Shown in pieces: positions 62,831 through 64,000 of a stretch of 64,000 nt of DNA. The stretch spans positions 19,643-83,642 of the forward strand of contig DATLUX010000500.1 of the NCBI GenBank assembly GCA_035577805.1, read 5' to 3'. The notes beneath the pieces were generated by a model. It saw nothing but the letters and a program-made list of their open reading frames with translations, was not told the origin of the DNA and made no database searches. This DNA comes from Verrucomicrobiia bacterium (GTDB lineage: Bacteria > Verrucomicrobiota > Verrucomicrobiia > Limisphaerales > JADJPG01). Position 1 is the first letter of the stretch; each line of letters begins with the position of its first letter. The translations under genes were made by a program, and so were the position numbers.

Positions 62831-64000
62831 ATGACCGCTGCACCCGGCCCGGTCGCGACAGAGCCAGTCACAGCCACAGGCGCGGTGCACCTTTGCCTTC
62901 TGCTGGGGCGGATACTATTTAACTTTGGAGCGACCACTCAGCGCATCCAGGATTCCATCGCGTGTCTCGCCCGCTACCTGGGTTGCAAGGTGGAGATGCT
63001 GGTGAGTTATGACGCGCTGCTCCTCACGGTGAACGACGGCGCGGCGTTTCGGACGCGCATTGATTCGTCGCGTGGAATGGCTGGCCTCAATCTGCTGGGC
63101 CTGATCCGGGTCAGTGAGTTAGTGCGAGGTCTGCAGCACTCACAACCCAGCCCCGAGACGCTGGACCGGGCGTTGTGTGAAATCCGCGATACGGCGCCGC
63201 TCCATGATGTGGCCTTCCAGGCCGTAGCCGCCGGGTGCGCTGGCGCGGGCTTTTGTATCGTCAACGGGGGAGACCCGGTGAGTTGGGTCTGCAGTTTCAT
63301 AACGGCGGAGATCATCTTTGTCCTCCGGTGCCTGCTCACCGCTCGAAGTTTCAATGTGCATCTGACGCTTTTTGGCGTCGCCCTGGTTGGAACCATATTG
63401 GCGGGTTTGCTGGCGCGGGTGACGCATACGTCCACCCCGGTGGTCGCGTTGGTTGCGCCGGTGCTTTTTCTTGTGCCGGGCGTGCCCTTGATCAGCGGCG
63501 GCATTGATGTGGTCCGCAATCACGTGACCATCGGGATGGCCCGGGTTGGTTTCACGATGGCTGCGGTAGTGGCTTTGGGTCTGGCCGCCGGGCTGACCGT
63601 TCGACTGTTACCGGTGCACATCAGCCCGCCTTTCACCCCAACCGGGGCATGGGAAATCGTGCTGCCTTCGTTGGCTGGAGGGCTTGCGGCCGGGGCGCTG
63701 GCTTGTCTGAACAATAGTGGCCTTTCCCTGATCGCGCTCTGTGCTCTGGGCGGGTTGACAGGCCGTCTGGTCCGCGCGCTCCTGGTCTTGAACGGACTCG
63801 GTTTGATCAGCGCCTCGTTGATCGGGGTGCTTTGCAGCACACTGGTGGTGAGTTTCGTGGCTGAGCGCCGTCGTTGGCCGGCGGTGGTCGCCTCGGTAAT
63901 AGCAGCCTTGCCGATGGTTCCGGGCCACTTTGCCATCGTGGGGCTGCATGCGCTGTTGGCCTTCGCCGAAGCCAACAACGCGGACCCTGTCCAACTTTCG
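62831..64000 (+). CDS. Threonine/serine exporter (ThrE) family protein, 3' end outside the window
   Basis: My translation from ATG 62831 stays open to base 64000 (390 codons): 'MTAAPGPVATEPV...HLCLLLGRILFNFGATTQRIQDSIACLARYLGC...LFLVPGVPLISGGIDVVRNH...AALPMVPGHFAIVGL'. This gives DUF1212-like and DUF3815-like halves. It is not in the supplied ORF track because no stop falls in the window. Confidence 0.7.
   Translation, partial: MTAAPGPVATEPVTATGAVHLCLLLGRILFNFGATTQRIQDSIACLARYLGCKVEMLVSYDALLLTVNDGAAFRTRIDSSRGMAGLNLLGLIRVSELVRGLQHSQPSPETLDRALCEIRDTAPLHDVAFQAVAAGCAGAGFCIVNGGDPVSWVCSFITAEIIFVLRCLLTARSFNVHLTLFGVALVGTILAGLLARVTHTSTPVVALVAPVLFLVPGVPLISGGIDVVRNHVTIGMARVGFTMAAVVALGLAAGLTVRLLPVHISPPFTPTGAWEIVLPSLAGGLAAGALACLNNSGLSLIALCALGGLTGRLVRALLVLNGLGLISASLIGVLCSTLVVSFVAERRRWPAVVASVIAALPMVPGHFAIVGLHALLAFAEANNADPVQLS

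Overview
High-GC, densely coding bacterial chromosomal segment. All calls come from reading the ORF translations and the DNA by eye; no searches were run. The protein families suggest a PVC-superphylum genome (Verrucomicrobiota/Planctomycetota-like), but this is inference only. Those families are tandem Tat-signal DUF1501 proteins, a CRTAC1/ASPIC-UnbV FG-GAP protein, a HEAT + CxxCH cytochrome, CotH, and an FGE-sulfatase fusion. Most content is core: a lipid A/LPS block (waaF-like, lpxL-family, lpxK, and lpxA elsewhere), recA, a polyprenyl synthase, and an EF-G paralogue. There is also the cluster prs-rplY-pth-rpsF-ssb-rplI, moaD/moaE, fur, glutamate dehydrogenase, a divergent MlaD/AsmA-like pair, thioredoxin, clpS, and several two-component proteins including a sigma-54 activator. 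I recognised no rRNA, tRNA, CRISPR array, transposase, integrase or phage gene. The strongest unexplained signal is non-coding. A few heptanucleotide units (GCGGAAA, GGAACCA, GCGGAGT) recur as short tandem arrays at unlinked intergenic sites. They usually sit just 3' of a stop codon in the sense orientation, giving a GGA every 7 nt. One array of about 185 nt upstream of clpS carries 19 GGA motifs. Other points worth a second look: a lipoprotein fusing a serine-less prolyl-oligopeptidase to a PhoD-like phosphatase; an S1/P1-nuclease-like::FGE fusion; and a CRTAC1 gene translationally coupled to a membrane C39-like peptidase. Further ones are a candidate sigma-54 promoter linking an NtrB/NtrC-like pair to tandem DUF1501 genes, a REC-Hpt-REC protein next to a decayed receiver pseudogene, a 108-nt tandem duplication supplying the likely start of the CotH gene, and a 590-bp gene-free region with an orphan terminator.
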